From a virus (lineage: Duplodnaviria > Caudoviricetes): a stretch of DNA of 53,261 nt. This document shows, piece after piece, positions 29,130-39,011 of the stretch (positions are counted from its first letter, which is position 1; each line of letters starts with the position of its first letter). The DNA is taken from IMG/VR virus record IMGVR_UViG_3300047457_000194, positions 1 to 53,261 of that record. One strand, given 5' to 3'. The position numbers and the translations under genes are program-made. The notes under the pieces are model-generated. The model saw only the letters and a program-made list of their open reading frames with translations. It was not told where the DNA came from and ran no database searches.

Positions 29130-32100
29130 ATGGCGCTTAAAACGATCTACCTAGAGGGCTTCGGCTTGATGGATGTTCCTGCTGAACTCACTGGCAAGGA
29201 ACTTTCAGTCTATGCCTCTAGGGAGGCTCGGAAGCGAAGGGCGGAAGAGTCTGCCGCTGAGGTAACCCAGCAAGCGCAGAAGAAGCCTGAGCCTTCCACC
29301 ATGCAGCAGGCTGCTGGCTTTGCTGCTGGTCTCCCTGCTGGCCTTGCCTCTGGGCTGATTGGGTCTACCCTTGAGGGCATTGGTGGCCTGACTGGCATCC
29401 GCCCGGTGGAAGAAGCTGGCGCTTCTTTCAACGAGTGGGTTCAGGAGAAGTTGAAGCAGGCAGTTGGCGAAGAAGCCGCTGCTTCTGGCGCGTCCCAGGT
29501 GGGTCAGACTATCGGCGGCATTGCTTCGTTCTTTACTCCTGGAGTTGCTGCCAAGGTGCTTGGTGGTGCTGGGAAGCTGGCTAAGGTCGCTCCCTATCTG
29601 AGTACCGCGATGTCCGGTATTCAGGGCGCTGGCGAACAAGTCGAGCGGATGCGGCAGCAGGAAGCCGAGGGTGATCAGATCGATCCCTTGATGCGCCAGT
29701 TGTATGCTGCTGGCGCGGGTGCCGGGACCGCGTTGCTGGAAAACATACCCATCAGCGGACTCGCCAAGTATACTCCGCTCAAGCGTGTGCTGGGTGATAT
29801 CCCAGTCTCCGCTGAGGCTGGTGCGTTTACGAGGGCGATGGATGCGGGTGCCGGGACTATCCTTGGACGGGCGCTTGGGACTGGCGCTGGCGAAGCTGCC
29901 ACTGAAGTAAGCCAGAACGCATTGCAGAACATCATCGAACGCCAGTACAACGAACAGCGCGGCATACTTGAAGGTAGCACTGAGTCTGCTGTGGGTGGAT
30001 TCCTTGCTGGCGCGGCGCTTCAGGGTGGCGCTGATCTGTACCGCGATGTCTACCTGAATAGGAAGAAGTTTGAGGGAGATGTCAAGGCGCTTCGAGGGCA
30101 GCTTTCCGAAGAGCAACTCCCACTCCTTCCGGCTGGAAAGAGAAAAGCGGTTCAGATTCGCGGAAAAGATATCTCCACAGTATTGGGAGAGGAGGATATC
30201 GCAGAGGCAGAAGCTGCTTTCTCTAAGGTCGCTTCTCCGCAAGGAGTCCCGCTCCTTCCTCCTGGCAAGTTTGCTTCTGATGAAGAGGCGCGGAGAAAGA
30301 TTGATGAAGAGATCGAGGCCGCAAAGGTATATGGCCCGACTCCAGACTTATCCTACGCTACACCTGAAGCAATGGCGCGTATCGAGGAGCTCAGGGCTAA
30401 GGAGCAAGCGGACAACGAAGCGATAATCAAGCAGCGTGAACAGGACATCGCTGCGCTGCCGGATTTCCCATCCTACCTTCCTGATCCAAACGTAACGCCG
30501 ATCAGCGAGTGGCCGAAGCCTCAAGTCAAATTGTTTGACCAGTACCTGAGCAAGTTCTCTCCAGAGCAGGCCAAGCTGATTGAGAGCTTCAGCCCTGAAG
30601 AGATGGATTCGTTTATTGAGCGAGGCGTGAAGCGCAAGACCGAATCCGAACAGCAACTGCAAAAGATCCGAGAAGAGCAGGCGGCTCGTATTGCTGCTTC
30701 CCGTAGGGCGGATATCGAGCAGGCTGATGCGATCACTCTCTCGCGGTTCGCAGAGGACTATCAAAAACAGGAAGCCGAAGCGGCTAGGGCAAAGCGCGAA
30801 GAGGAGCTATCTAAGGCCGCTGCCGGGAGGGCTGAAGAGGCTGCGATCAAAAACCTGTATGCGCGTGAGGAGTTCGACAAGTTCGTTGCCGACCGAATCG
30901 CAGCAAAGAGCAAGATCGAAGAAAGCCAGAGGGTTGCTGGTGAACTGGCGAAAACGAAGTTCGGTAAGCCCCTCGGTGAGTTGAAAGACTCTCAGAAGAT
31001 CCAACTCGCTAGTGAGATCGACGCAATCTCAAAGGAGGCTTCGTTCAGAACTGAAGTCAACAAAGAGATTCCAGAGCTTGGAGACCCCATCTACAAGCTG
31101 CAAAACCGGGTATCTGTAAACTTCTTCGGCACTCAGTACAAGAACCTCCCAGAAGCGAAGCAGGGGATAGTGAACTCTGCTATTGAACGAGGAGAAGGGA
31201 GAACCGTACTTGGCGAAGAGCTTCTGGAAGAGAGAGATTTTGACAAGTACAAGCGGCTCTATAATCGTGACGACTTCCGCGCCGTAAACAAAGAGATGCG
31301 CTCTTTCGTGCGAGACGAGAGTGGGTTTATCCCGGTCACAAAGGACTCCCTGTATTCCGCTGTTAAGTCTGTATCCGAAGACCCTACCAGTACTATCAAG
31401 CCAAATAGAATGGCATCAAACGCCATGTTCAAGCACATGCTTGATCGTGGTGTTATTGTGGACATTGACGGAAAGACCTACCTTAACGAGGAAGCGACTG
31501 GCCCCCGCTATCAGCTTCCTATAAGCAACAATCCAAACATCGAGAGCCAGCAGAGCGCCTTCAAAGCCGAGGAAGCGAAGGTCACGGTTGGTCCAAAAAT
31601 GAGGGATGCTCTTGAGCGGCGCGGACTGTCCGATGTGTTCACCCTGGGTATCGTTGAAAAGATCGAAGATACCCCTGCTCTTGGCAAGTACCTGAATCGC
31701 GTTATTCAGATCGCCGCCGCGCCTGAGGGGAAGGTCCGATCTCTCGACGAGATGATCTCCTCGATGGATCACGAGATCGTCCACGGCATGCGTGCCGCTG
31801 GGCTGTTCACGGACGCCGAGTGGAACCTGCTGACCACTGATTTCAACGCCAACCTGCTAGACGACAAGCAGAAGGAAGCGTACACGCGGATCTACAAAGC
31901 CCAGGGGATGAGCGACCAAGCCATCCAAGAGGCCTTGAACGAGGAAGCTGTCGCTATGAAAGCGGCGCAACTCAACAACGTGGACCCCAAGCGTTTGGAT
32001 CCGAAGTCCTTGTCGCTGATCAATAAGGTCCGCTTCTACCTGGAGTTCGGGCGCAACTCTGCTGCCCTTGGATACAACAGCGCCGAAGACGTGCTGGCTG

Positions 32101-35100
32101 CGATCAAGTCTGGCGAGATTGGCAAGCGTGGGTTTACTTCTGAGTTTGAGAAGGTGGGCGGGAAGGCCAAGCGTGTTGGACGCCAGGAGATCTCTATCGC
32201 CTCTGAGGCTGACAAGTCTTCCGGGGTTGAGACCAAGGTCTACGGAGAAGAGGATGAGGAAGGGGTAACGGACGAGAAGTACAAGCAGGCTCTGTCCGGG
32301 TTGGCCTCCAAGTTCGACCGCAAGACCCCGGTGAAGTCCCCTCGTCAGTACTTGATCCAGCAGATGGATGTCGCGCCGGAAGATGTTGATGCCCTGGTCA
32401 AGGGCATGATCAAGAATAAAGATCTTGTCAAAGTTGGCGGCGCTCTCTACATCTCCGATAGGGCTAGGCGGTCTATTGAAACTTCATCCGCCGAAAAATT
32501 GCCAGTCGATAAACCGAAATACGAAATCAAAGGCGAATACAGTCTGGAAGAAGACCCTCAGTTTTCATCCTATGTAAAGTTGGCGCTGGAAGGGCTGGAT
32601 ACCAAGCAGCTTGGGGCGCAAAGCTACTCCCTGTACAGGTCCATAAAGGACGGAAGCGCGCAGTTCGATATCCCTGAATCCTTCAAGGAGTCCCTCACTC
32701 CAAGTCTGGTCCGCTCTTCTGTGGACCGAATCCTTAGAATACCTGCGACTCGCCCTGGAGAGGTTCAGTCTAAGACCGCCGCGAAATCCAGATCGGCGTT
32801 GCTTGATAGAGATCAGCTAAACTCCGCGACCCCAGAGCAACGAGAGTCAATTATCTCTGACATCAATCGGTGGATAAATGCAAGGGGGAACTCGCTTTAT
32901 CACGCTGCCTTCCCTGACAACGCGATTGAAATCCTGCGTGGCGGTGGGATCAAATCTTTCGCCGGGGAGAAAGGCGTAAGCCTCTCTCGCGTGCCAAGCA
33001 TATTCACTGGGTTCTCTCAGTCTAGCAGGCCAGTGTCGTTTGTCATCGACTCAAAGTCCGTTCAGACCAAGCCGATAAACGAAGGCGTTTACACGGGCGT
33101 CGAGAGCTTGATCAATAGAGACGGAAGAACAACAAAGGAAATCAATAGCTGGCTATCCAAGTTGAAATCTGATGGATACTCCGTTCCCAGTGATTCTTCG
33201 TTTTTGTTTACTGGAAAGAATAAATACTCCATTTCAGAAGAAGGGTTCGTTCAGGCCATGTCTTCGCTTGGGGTTCCTGTTGAATCTTCTTCTCGCTTTA
33301 TCTCTGCCAGAAAGATCTTGGATCAGCCCAGAGAGCTAGCCTCAGCCAATCTCAAGAGGGTTCCTGGGCAGAAGGTTGACTTCGACGCCTCGTTTCAAAA
33401 AGCTGACTACTTGAATTTTGAGTTCGAGCAGCGCAGTAGGGGCAAGAGCGTTTACGATATCCCTTCATCCAGCATCATTGGCGTCATATACGATCCCAGG
33501 TACATGGACAAGAAGGAGATAAGCGCACTCAAAAAAGCAGCTACAGAGGCTGGAATTCCTGTGCGTGCGTATGAAACCAGCGAGGAGCTAGAGGAAGAGA
33601 GCAATATCTTTGGACCTGAAACAAGGTCTGGAAGGACGGTCAGTAGGGCTAGGGTGTCCGAAGTTCCAGCAGGGAAGCCGCTGTTTCAACTTCCACCCTC
33701 TGGTGCTGAAAGGGTTAAGGGAGACGCTCTCGTTAACCCAAGCGGAGCGTCACCCACCAAGCCATTCTTCACCAAGAAGTCTGCGAAGAACCCGCTGGAA
33801 GGAGCAAGTGACCTGATCAAGGGCAACTTCTCCTCGTTCCGGCAGAAGCTGATTGACCGCTATGACCCTGTCCGGTTGATGGCAATTGAGGCGTACTCCA
33901 AGACTGGCGACAAGAAGTACCTCAGCGCCGCTGAAGGTTCATACCACGCACTCCTGTTCTCCGATAAGGCACAGGACATGGCTCTTGCTGGGCTGGAGAA
34001 TGGAGGCTTCACGACTGAAGGAAGTATTATCCTCGCTGCCGACAACGAGAAGATCGCTCCACTGAAGATCTTCCAGTCACTGAGAGAGAAAGGCAAACTC
34101 GATGCCTTCTTCAATTTTGCGTACGCAAAGCGGTACAAGGCCCTGAAGGAGAACGGGAAAGACCCTGGCGGGGTGATCAGCGAAGCCGATGTCGAAAGGG
34201 AATACAAGCGGTGGGAGAACGACAACGACATCAACACTGCCATCGAAAACTTTAAGGCATACAATGACAACCTTGTGGACATGCTTCGCAAGAGTGGTTT
34301 CATCTCCGCAGGTGAGGCTAAGGCGTGGAAGTCTGCCTTCTACATTCCCTTCTACCGCATCCCGACCGTGATGGAAGGAGATGTGGATACGGGTGAGGTG
34401 GACATCCCGCGCCTCAGTTCGCAGATCACAAACCTCTCCAACCCCAAGGGGCTTACGGGGCGCGATCTCCCGGTCAATGACGCGATTGAGAACGTCATTG
34501 CCAACACCTATTACGTCATCGGCACCGCTGCCAAGAACTTCGCAGCTCGTAAGGTAGCGAGAGATGGTGTTATCACTGGATACATGAAGGAGATCGAGAA
34601 GCCTGGAGACGCGCAGCAGGGGTACAAGGTAATTACCGTCAGAGAAGGCGGCATCAAGAAGCATTACGAAGTAAAGGATGCTCTTCTGCATGACGCTGTA
34701 GCCAAGTCCGGGTTCCCTGTTCAGGACGTTCTGCGGGGTATGGGCTGGTTCACAGAGAAGCTGCGGCGCGGAACCACACTGTCGCCTACCTTCATCGTTC
34801 GCAACACTCTGCGTGACGCTATTCAGTCCTGGATCCTTGGTCAGTACGGAAGCACGTTCCTGCCTCCGTTCAAAGAGATCACCAAAGGAATCCAGATGGC
34901 GTACCAGAACTCTCCCGAGTTCAAGGCGCTGAAGTCTGCTGGCATCTCTAGCTCTGGGTTGCGGAAGAAGACCCTGCAAGAGACAGCTAAAGAGATGCGC
35001 CGTAAGATTGGCGAAGAGCAGCAGGGAGTTATTGCTCAACTTGGTGGGATCTTCAATAAGGGAATCGAGGTTCTTGAAAGAGGATCTGAGATCTCCGAAG

Positions 35101-36329
35101 CCAGCACGAGAACCAAGGTCTATCAGGATGTCCTGGCGAAGACTGGTGATCGCGCAGAGGCACTGTTCGCTGCCATGGAGACCATCAACTTCTCCAGGAA
35201 GGGTAGCTCCCGTGGCTTGCAGATTGGCATGGCTCTGCTTCCGTTCTTCAACGCCAGAATCCAGGGCATGGATGTCTTCTACCGCACGATGAAGGGCGAG
35301 AAGATGATGCCCAATCAGATGTCGGCTGACATGAAGGGCGCGGCAGTCACTCGCTTCATGTACTTCTCTGCCCTCTCCGCGCTCTACGCGCTGTACATGT
35401 CCAACCACCCCGCCTGGGAGAATGCCACCGACGAGGAGAAGGACGGGAATATCTTCCTTCCCGTGGACTTCATTCCCGGAATCAAAGAGGGGACGGTTCT
35501 CAAGTTCCCGATTCCGCAGGAGCTTGGCCTGATCGGCAAGATGCCTGCCGAGCGCATCGTCACCATGATCAAGGGGCGCTCTGACGGTGGTGACCTGATT
35601 GACTCCCTCCAGAGAGCGGTGTTCGATACCCTGTCGTTCAACCCAATTCCTCAGGTATTCCTTCCTGGGATCGAGGCGATTGCCAACTTCGACTTCTACT
35701 CCCAGAGGCCGATTGAGAATCAATATCTCGCCAGCCTGCTTCCAGAAGAACGATACACTGAGTACACCACTGGCGTAGCCAAGGCAATCGGCAGGGCAAC
35801 GGAAGACACTGCCGCCGCTGTATCACCTGTGATGGTGGATCATTTAATCAGGGGCTACTTCGGCACTCTCGGTGCCTACTCTGCCGACATTCTTGGCAGA
35901 CTCATAGAGGAAGGAAGCGATGCCCCCGCGCCGGAACGGATGCGCTTCTCTGAGCCGTACCTCCTCCCCGTCATCGGCCCCCTCTTCAAGTCTGCTGAAG
36001 GCAAGAAGATGGTCGAGGATCTGTACATGATCGACGAGGCTGCGAAGATGGCGGCGTCCACCCTCAAGGCATACTCTGAGAATGGGCGCGAACTATCTGA
36101 AGCCAAGGAAGACGAGCTTTACCAGCTTGCCGAGATTGGCGAGGAAGTCCGCCCGGTCATTGAGCAGATCCGCGAACTCAACCGACAGAAGCGTGCCATT
36201 CAAAGCGACACGGAGATGTCCTCCAGTGAAAAGAGAGACGAACTCAACGAGATCCAGAAAGAGATCGTCTCTCTTGCCGCCGAGGTGAACGACCTTAAGA
36301 AGCAGATTCCGATTCGCTTGCGGAAGTAG
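29130..36329 (+). CDS. Giant polyvalent virion protein (HExxH peptidase-like, ART-like and LPD38-like domains)
   Basis: 2399 aa; MDHEIVH..NEEAVA; C-terminal INFSRKG, PFFNARIQG, FPIPQELG, SPVMVDHLIRGYFGTLG as in LPD38-type domains. Confidence 0.8.
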   Translation: MALKTIYLEGFGLMDVPAELTGKELSVYASREARKRRAEESAAEVTQQAQKKPEPSTMQQAAGFAAGLPAGLASGLIGSTLEGIGGLTGIRPVEEAGASFNEWVQEKLKQAVGEEAAASGASQVGQTIGGIASFFTPGVAAKVLGGAGKLAKVAPYLSTAMSGIQGAGEQVERMRQQEAEGDQIDPLMRQLYAAGAGAGTALLENIPISGLAKYTPLKRVLGDIPVSAEAGAFTRAMDAGAGTILGRALGTGAGEAATEVSQNALQNIIERQYNEQRGILEGSTESAVGGFLAGAALQGGADLYRDVYLNRKKFEGDVKALRGQLSEEQLPLLPAGKRKAVQIRGKDISTVLGEEDIAEAEAAFSKVASPQGVPLLPPGKFASDEEARRKIDEEIEAAKVYGPTPDLSYATPEAMARIEELRAKEQADNEAIIKQREQDIAALPDFPSYLPDPNVTPISEWPKPQVKLFDQYLSKFSPEQAKLIESFSPEEMDSFIERGVKRKTESEQQLQKIREEQAARIAASRRADIEQADAITLSRFAEDYQKQEAEAARAKREEELSKAAAGRAEEAAIKNLYAREEFDKFVADRIAAKSKIEESQRVAGELAKTKFGKPLGELKDSQKIQLASEIDAISKEASFRTEVNKEIPELGDPIYKLQNRVSVNFFGTQYKNLPEAKQGIVNSAIERGEGRTVLGEELLEERDFDKYKRLYNRDDFRAVNKEMRSFVRDESGFIPVTKDSLYSAVKSVSEDPTSTIKPNRMASNAMFKHMLDRGVIVDIDGKTYLNEEATGPRYQLPISNNPNIESQQSAFKAEEAKVTVGPKMRDALERRGLSDVFTLGIVEKIEDTPALGKYLNRVIQIAAAPEGKVRSLDEMISSMDHEIVHGMRAAGLFTDAEWNLLTTDFNANLLDDKQKEAYTRIYKAQGMSDQAIQEALNEEAVAMKAAQLNNVDPKRLDPKSLSLINKVRFYLEFGRNSAALGYNSAEDVLAAIKSGEIGKRGFTSEFEKVGGKAKRVGRQEISIASEADKSSGVETKVYGEEDEEGVTDEKYKQALSGLASKFDRKTPVKSPRQYLIQQMDVAPEDVDALVKGMIKNKDLVKVGGALYISDRARRSIETSSAEKLPVDKPKYEIKGEYSLEEDPQFSSYVKLALEGLDTKQLGAQSYSLYRSIKDGSAQFDIPESFKESLTPSLVRSSVDRILRIPATRPGEVQSKTAAKSRSALLDRDQLNSATPEQRESIISDINRWINARGNSLYHAAFPDNAIEILRGGGIKSFAGEKGVSLSRVPSIFTGFSQSSRPVSFVIDSKSVQTKPINEGVYTGVESLINRDGRTTKEINSWLSKLKSDGYSVPSDSSFLFTGKNKYSISEEGFVQAMSSLGVPVESSSRFISARKILDQPRELASANLKRVPGQKVDFDASFQKADYLNFEFEQRSRGKSVYDIPSSSIIGVIYDPRYMDKKEISALKKAATEAGIPVRAYETSEELEEESNIFGPETRSGRTVSRARVSEVPAGKPLFQLPPSGAERVKGDALVNPSGASPTKPFFTKKSAKNPLEGASDLIKGNFSSFRQKLIDRYDPVRLMAIEAYSKTGDKKYLSAAEGSYHALLFSDKAQDMALAGLENGGFTTEGSIILAADNEKIAPLKIFQSLREKGKLDAFFNFAYAKRYKALKENGKDPGGVISEADVEREYKRWENDNDINTAIENFKAYNDNLVDMLRKSGFISAGEAKAWKSAFYIPFYRIPTVMEGDVDTGEVDIPRLSSQITNLSNPKGLTGRDLPVNDAIENVIANTYYVIGTAAKNFAARKVARDGVITGYMKEIEKPGDAQQGYKVITVREGGIKKHYEVKDALLHDAVAKSGFPVQDVLRGMGWFTEKLRRGTTLSPTFIVRNTLRDAIQSWILGQYGSTFLPPFKEITKGIQMAYQNSPEFKALKSAGISSSGLRKKTLQETAKEMRRKIGEEQQGVIAQLGGIFNKGIEVLERGSEISEASTRTKVYQDVLAKTGDRAEALFAAMETINFSRKGSSRGLQIGMALLPFFNARIQGMDVFYRTMKGEKMMPNQMSADMKGAAVTRFMYFSALSALYALYMSNHPAWENATDEEKDGNIFLPVDFIPGIKEGTVLKFPIPQELGLIGKMPAERIVTMIKGRSDGGDLIDSLQRAVFDTLSFNPIPQVFLPGIEAIANFDFYSQRPIENQYLASLLPEERYTEYTTGVAKAIGRATEDTAAAVSPVMVDHLIRGYFGTLGAYSADILGRLIEEGSDAPAPERMRFSEPYLLPVIGPLFKSAEGKKMVEDLYMIDEAAKMAASTLKAYSENGRELSEAKEDELYQLAEIGEEVRPVIEQIRELNRQKRAIQSDTEMSSSEKRDELNEIQKEIVSLAAEVNDLKKQIPIRLRK

Positions 36330-36765
36330 CTTCCTTCCCTTTAGTCGGCTCGATCTTGATAACCACCTTGCGCCTGTCTGCCTCGACGTACTTGACGTTC
36401 ACGTTCTCTACCGAAGATGATGTCATGCACTCGATTAGGCAGGCGCGATACAGAACCCTAAGGACTACGTCAGTAAACATGGCGTAGTCTTTCAGCTTCG
36501 ACCTATCGTGAAGCTCTACATTCAGGTTCACCCCAGAGATCGGCAGGAACCGGATTTGATTGGAGATCGTTTGCGATATCCGGTACAACTCACGGCTTGA
36601 CTGCCTGCTCTGTATCAGGTCGCCTGCCTGGTTCTTCAGGTACAAAGACAGAGGAAACGCTGGATCGTTTATTACTACACGGATAGGATCTTTGAGACGA
36701 GGGAGAGATTCAAGGTCCCTCGCCTCTCCTTCTGGGTTGCCTGCACCTCTGCGCCGCACCATCAT
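36295..36765 (-). CDS. Hypothetical protein (possibly degenerate RusA-like fold)
   Basis: Last ORF of the leftward arm; the fold guess is weak. Confidence 0.5.
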   Translation of the reverse strand: MMVRRRGAGNPEGEARDLESLPRLKDPIRVVINDPAFPLSLYLKNQAGDLIQSRQSSRELYRISQTISNQIRFLPISGVNLNVELHDRSKLKDYAMFTDVVLRVLYRACLIECMTSSSVENVNVKYVEADRRKVVIKIEPTKGKEATSASESESAS

Positions 36766-36775
36766 TGGCGCACCT

Positions 36776-37213
36776 CTACTTCAACGCGCTCCACTCTCCG
36801 TTCCACGGAATGTCTCTTCCACTCTTGTCGTATTGCCATCTGGCTTTCTTCTCCCTTTGATCGCAGTGTATGAATCCCCCGGAGACGGAAACTCCGACTC
36901 CCAAGAACTTTCCGAACGCCTCTACTTTGCTGTAGAGATCTTTCAGCGACATGCCGGGGCTGTGGAAATCCATCGCCACTCCCAGTCTGTGCCGCCCGAT
37001 CTTGCCGCTAGGCTTTGATACCTCCGATGGATGTAGATTGCACCTGTATCCACTCGTGATTACCACCGGGGAACCGAGATAATCCCTGAACTCCTGGATC
37101 AAGGCAATGAAATCAAGCTTCATTCCCATCACGCCGCAATGTTTGCAGCATACTTCTGATGCTTTGAAGTTCTTGGATACCATCCACGATGGGCTACGCT
37201 GTGTTGTCTGCAT
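36776..37213 (-). CDS. Peptidase M15-family endolysin
   Basis: SKNF...E..CKHCG, ITSGYRC..H, H..GVAMD, FIHCD; start probably ATG 37213. Confidence 0.85.
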   Translation of the reverse strand: MQTTQRSPSWMVSKNFKASEVCCKHCGVMGMKLDFIALIQEFRDYLGSPVVITSGYRCNLHPSEVSKPSGKIGRHRLGVAMDFHSPGMSLKDLYSKVEAFGKFLGVGVSVSGGFIHCDQREKKARWQYDKSGRDIPWNGEWSALK

Positions 37214-37336
37214 ACTCAATCGTAACCCCTCGGTGTATAGAACGCAAATTCTGTACACCCAGGGGTCACCTGGGTAGTCTCAGTGGTTTTTTCTAGTTCA
37301 GCGTTGTCTCTATCCATCCTTCCTTTCTTTGAGGAT

Positions 37337-37364
37337 TTGGGCTATGCCCATTGGGCTATGCCCA
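37337..37364. repeat. Tandem 14-bp duplication TTGGGCTATGCCCA x2, each unit palindromic
   Basis: Read directly; arms TGGGC/GCCCA. Confidence 0.85.
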
Positions 37365-37374
37365 TCTGATGAGT

Positions 37375-37827
37375 CTACTTCGTTCCGGTAGACCCAAAAC
37401 CTGCGGCACCACGTTCAGTGCCAGACAATTCCTGAACCTGCTCGAATCGAATCGGCTCGTATTTGGCTACCACCATCTGAGCGATGCGAGTCCCCTTCTC
37501 GATAACGAACGGCTGGTCACCTACCTGTCTGTATCCGTTCCAGCAGAGGATGACGCCGATCTCCCCACGGTAGGAAGGATCGATTGTTCCAGGACTGTTG
37601 AGTACCGTGATGCCATTCTTCAGCGCCAGTCCAGATCGGCTGCGGATCTGCGCTTCGCATCCAGGAGGAAGTTCGACAGACAGCCCGGTCTTCACAACCT
37701 GCGGTTCGTTCGGGCGCAGGAATACATCCTCGTCGGCATGCAGGTCCATGCCTGCGTCTTCGTGAGGGCCGTGCGCGTAGACCGGAATCTTGACGGACGC
37801 GCTAGCTGTTTTGAGCTTGACGATCAT
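37375..37827 (-). CDS. dut: Trimeric dUTPase
   Basis: AGMDL, RSRSGLA, GTIDPSYRGEI, RIAQMV, RGAAGFGSTG; start MIVKLK with RBS GGAGA. Confidence 0.95.
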   Translation of the reverse strand: MIVKLKTASASVKIPVYAHGPHEDAGMDLHADEDVFLRPNEPQVVKTGLSVELPPGCEAQIRSRSGLALKNGITVLNSPGTIDPSYRGEIGVILCWNGYRQVGDQPFVIEKGTRIAQMVVAKYEPIRFEQVQELSGTERGAAGFGSTGTK

Positions 37828-38050
37828 TTGAAATCTCCTCGACCTTGCCTCCGCAAAGGCGTTCCATAATCCGGTAGTGTTCGTACTGCCGTTCGATTCG
37901 GCGCATCTCGGCATCACCGTTAGCCATGCAGTACGCACTGACGTAATACCAGAACGCTGCCTTGGGGTGCTTGAACTGCACCAGCTTGACGTAAACAACG
38001 CCAGCCACGCCGATCAGAAACAGAATCAATCCACCTAATACAATCTGCAT
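37802..38050 (-). CDS. Small membrane protein
   Basis: N-terminal TM segment MQIVLGGLILFLIGVAGVVYV; TAATG coupling. Confidence 0.65.
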   Translation of the reverse strand: MQIVLGGLILFLIGVAGVVYVKLVQFKHPKAAFWYYVSAYCMANGDAEMRRIERQYEHYRIMERLCGGKVEEISNDRQAQNS

Positions 38051-38538
38051 TATTCTCTCACTTTCTGTTGTTTGCGATATTCCTTCCATGCAGCGTCCCA
38101 TTCCTTCCAGTGATCATCGCGGTTACTGAAGGGCTTGATCGCTTTATCGACGATCTTGGAACAGGTCATGCACTTCTTGTTCAGGATGTGGGTGCCAGCT
38201 TCGATCCAGTACGTCTCATGGATCCTGCCAACGATCCCCTTGCACCAGTCCTTGGTGTTCTTCTTGGCGGCTACTGGCAGGTGTTCGGTCTCACTCCTCT
38301 TGTTCCACGCCGCTCTTCGGTCAATCTTCACGCTTCCCTCCTCCTCGATTCTCTGGCGCAGATACTTCGCCAGATCCAGGACTTCTTCGTATGCGTCTAT
38401 TAGAGCATTGCGCCCGTTGTTCGCCTGAAGGTAGGTGCCGTACGTCTTCTTGCCAACCTTAGCACGCTTCCTGATGTCTTGGATAACGAGCCTGTAGATT
38501 GGTGTGGCGTTGTTTTTAGTTGGCTTCGGCTGGCTCAT
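38050..38538 (-). CDS. Conserved phage protein
   Basis: R...G.KTYGT.L...N...L.DAYEE.LDLA.YL helical motif. Confidence 0.65.
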   Translation of the reverse strand: MSQPKPTKNNATPIYRLVIQDIRKRAKVGKKTYGTYLQANNGRNALIDAYEEVLDLAKYLRQRIEEEGSVKIDRRAAWNKRSETEHLPVAAKKNTKDWCKGIVGRIHETYWIEAGTHILNKKCMTCSKIVDKAIKPFSNRDDHWKEWDAAWKEYRKQQKVRE

Positions 38539-39011
38539 CCTCTCTCCTTCTCAATTGCTGTTATCCCTACGCCAATTGCCGCCCACACATCCTTCGACGC
38601 CCTGTACAGCATCCCGCCCTTCTTCGTTACGCCGACTCCATACATAGACTCGTACTTGTCGATGATGGCCTGCCGGATATTGGCATCCTTGGCGCGTGGG
38701 TTCCCGCACAAGTGCAGCTTTACCTCGCGCCGGAATACTCTCCCCACTCTCTCGTGCTGATCCATGGATACCTCCATGAACCTGCCGACCCACACGCATG
38801 TCTCAAACACACTGGCACCAACCGCCATGCCGTACGATGCGATCATCTCGATGCGTATGTCGTGGCAAGAAAGCTGTCTGCATAGGCTGCGTATCGTGTA
38901 GTTGTCTGCCTTCTGGAAGGACATGACTCTCAGGTCTTTTCGATGAAGGATTGCGTATGCTGATTCTATTGGGCCTGGATCAATTGCTAAAACCGTTGAT
39001 GCGTATGGCAT
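38535..39011 (-). CDS. RuvC-like Holliday junction resolvase
   Basis: VLAIDPG, IRIE, KDA..RQA, D.WAA.G. Confidence 0.75.
   Translation of the reverse strand: MPYASTVLAIDPGPIESAYAILHRKDLRVMSFQKADNYTIRSLCRQLSCHDIRIEMIASYGMAVGASVFETCVWVGRFMEVSMDQHERVGRVFRREVKLHLCGNPRAKDANIRQAIIDKYESMYGVGVTKKGGMLYRASKDVWAAIGVGITAIEKERG

Noticed and set aside
34077-35723. 548-aa minus-strand ORF
   Set aside because: Antisense to the motif-bearing C-terminus of the giant protein
37802-38050. Holin call for the small membrane protein near the lysin
   Set aside because: Only one TM segment, separated from the lysin by dUTPase; evidence insufficient
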